Shown in pieces: positions 63,240-64,000 of a DNA stretch of 64,000 bases (positions are counted from its first letter, which is position 1; each line of letters opens with the position of its first letter). The notes under the pieces were generated by a model. That model was not told the DNA's origin. It did not search any database and saw only the letters and a program-made list of their open reading frames with translations. This stretch comes from Tubulanus polymorphus. Taxonomy: Eukaryota > Animalia > Nemertea. The stretch spans positions 12,361,950-12,425,949 of the forward strand of contig NC_134026.1 in assembly GCF_964204645.1 (NCBI RefSeq), written 5' to 3'. The position numbers and the translations under genes were made by a program.

Positions 63240-64000
63240 TTAATATTGAATACTATGTAATTGAGAATTTATGATATTTAATTGCGCATCAGATATAAGA
63301 TAAATGTGCATTTTGTAATTTAAACCTCATTTTTTCTTTTTCATGAATAATTGTATCCCGTCTTTTGTGTTCTTCTCAGAACCATGTAATAAGTTATCCT
63401 CTGTTCAAATGTTTTTACTTTTTCATTCATAAAATGTTTTTAATTTCTGGCCACTGGTCAATCATTCTCATTCATTGGCAAAATATCTTATTTGCTATGG
63501 CTTCGACAGTTATTTCTACTTTTGATATTTCTGGATTATAATTATCAACATTTATTGCGCCATTAGAATATGTTGCAATGGTAAAAAATATTAATACGCC
63601 TTTAATAGATCTTCTTGGGAAGTTAATATTCTCATTGATCATTTGCATTAAAAGTTACAATTTTAGATTTCTTTAATATAATCATATAACAATGAAAATC
63701 CTTCATGATATTGAGTTTGAATTGTGCTCGCAATATTTTCATCAGTTACTGTATCATATTCTAAACATATATTTGATAATTTATAACCCATATCTTTAAC
63801 GACACTTGATAATACAATTTCATTAACAGGAGAAAATTTTATTTCAAATATAATATCTTCTTGAATTGCATATTTATATAAAGGCGCATTATTATTCATC
63901 AATTCAAAATCTAATGGAATTTCATATTTGCTTCCATAAATCGTTTTAATCAAATTATCTATGCCATTAGTTACTACTGCATTATTAGCTTCTGATCTTA
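63240..64000 (-). pseudogene. Putative major capsid protein (C-terminal part) of a Polinton-like virus
   Basis: YGSKYEIPLDF...YKLSNICLEYDTV, NFPRRSIKGVLIFF, YNPEISKVEITVE, LHGS..NTKDGIQL, ISDAQLNI; beta-rich pattern; adjacent to integrase and ATPase; frameshifted. Confidence 0.65.

Larger units (their letters stand above)
59881..64000 (-). mobile_element. Endogenous Polinton/Maverick-like virus remnant, continues past the window end
   Basis: Sharp AT increase, AGTAGT terminus-like sequence at 59881, and tightly packed intronless capsid-like, integrase, ATPase and small genes. Confidence 0.88.

Noticed and set aside
59881-64000. Bacterial or phage contamination
   Set aside because: An rve integrase with a chromodomain is eukaryotic Polinton-type, the genes are decayed, and the block is contiguous with host repeats.

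Overview
AT-rich eukaryotic DNA, most likely from a marine invertebrate (lophotrochozoan-like; this is inference). There is one intact host gene, an intronless class A neuropeptide-type GPCR (31731-33113, minus strand). The rest is a nested graveyard of mobile elements. Retroelements: CR1/L2-type LINEs (one with a 3 x 729-bp internal triplication), a BEL/Pao LTR retrotransposon, a Penelope-like GIY-YIG element, two short repeats carrying minimal hammerhead ribozymes, and a tRNA-Ser-like SINE. DNA elements: an intron-containing hAT transposase split by a long-TIR element, three Helentron-associated (HINE-like) elements, and many MITEs. There are also two remnants of an endogenous Polinton/Maverick-like virus: a Zn-finger plus pPolB piece at about 51.7-52.7 kb, and a capsid-integrase-ATPase-small gene block from 59.9 kb to the window end, with a shared TATATAAATG start motif. 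All family calls come from motifs read by eye; no database search was run, and boundaries are approximate unless a TIR or TSD is cited.
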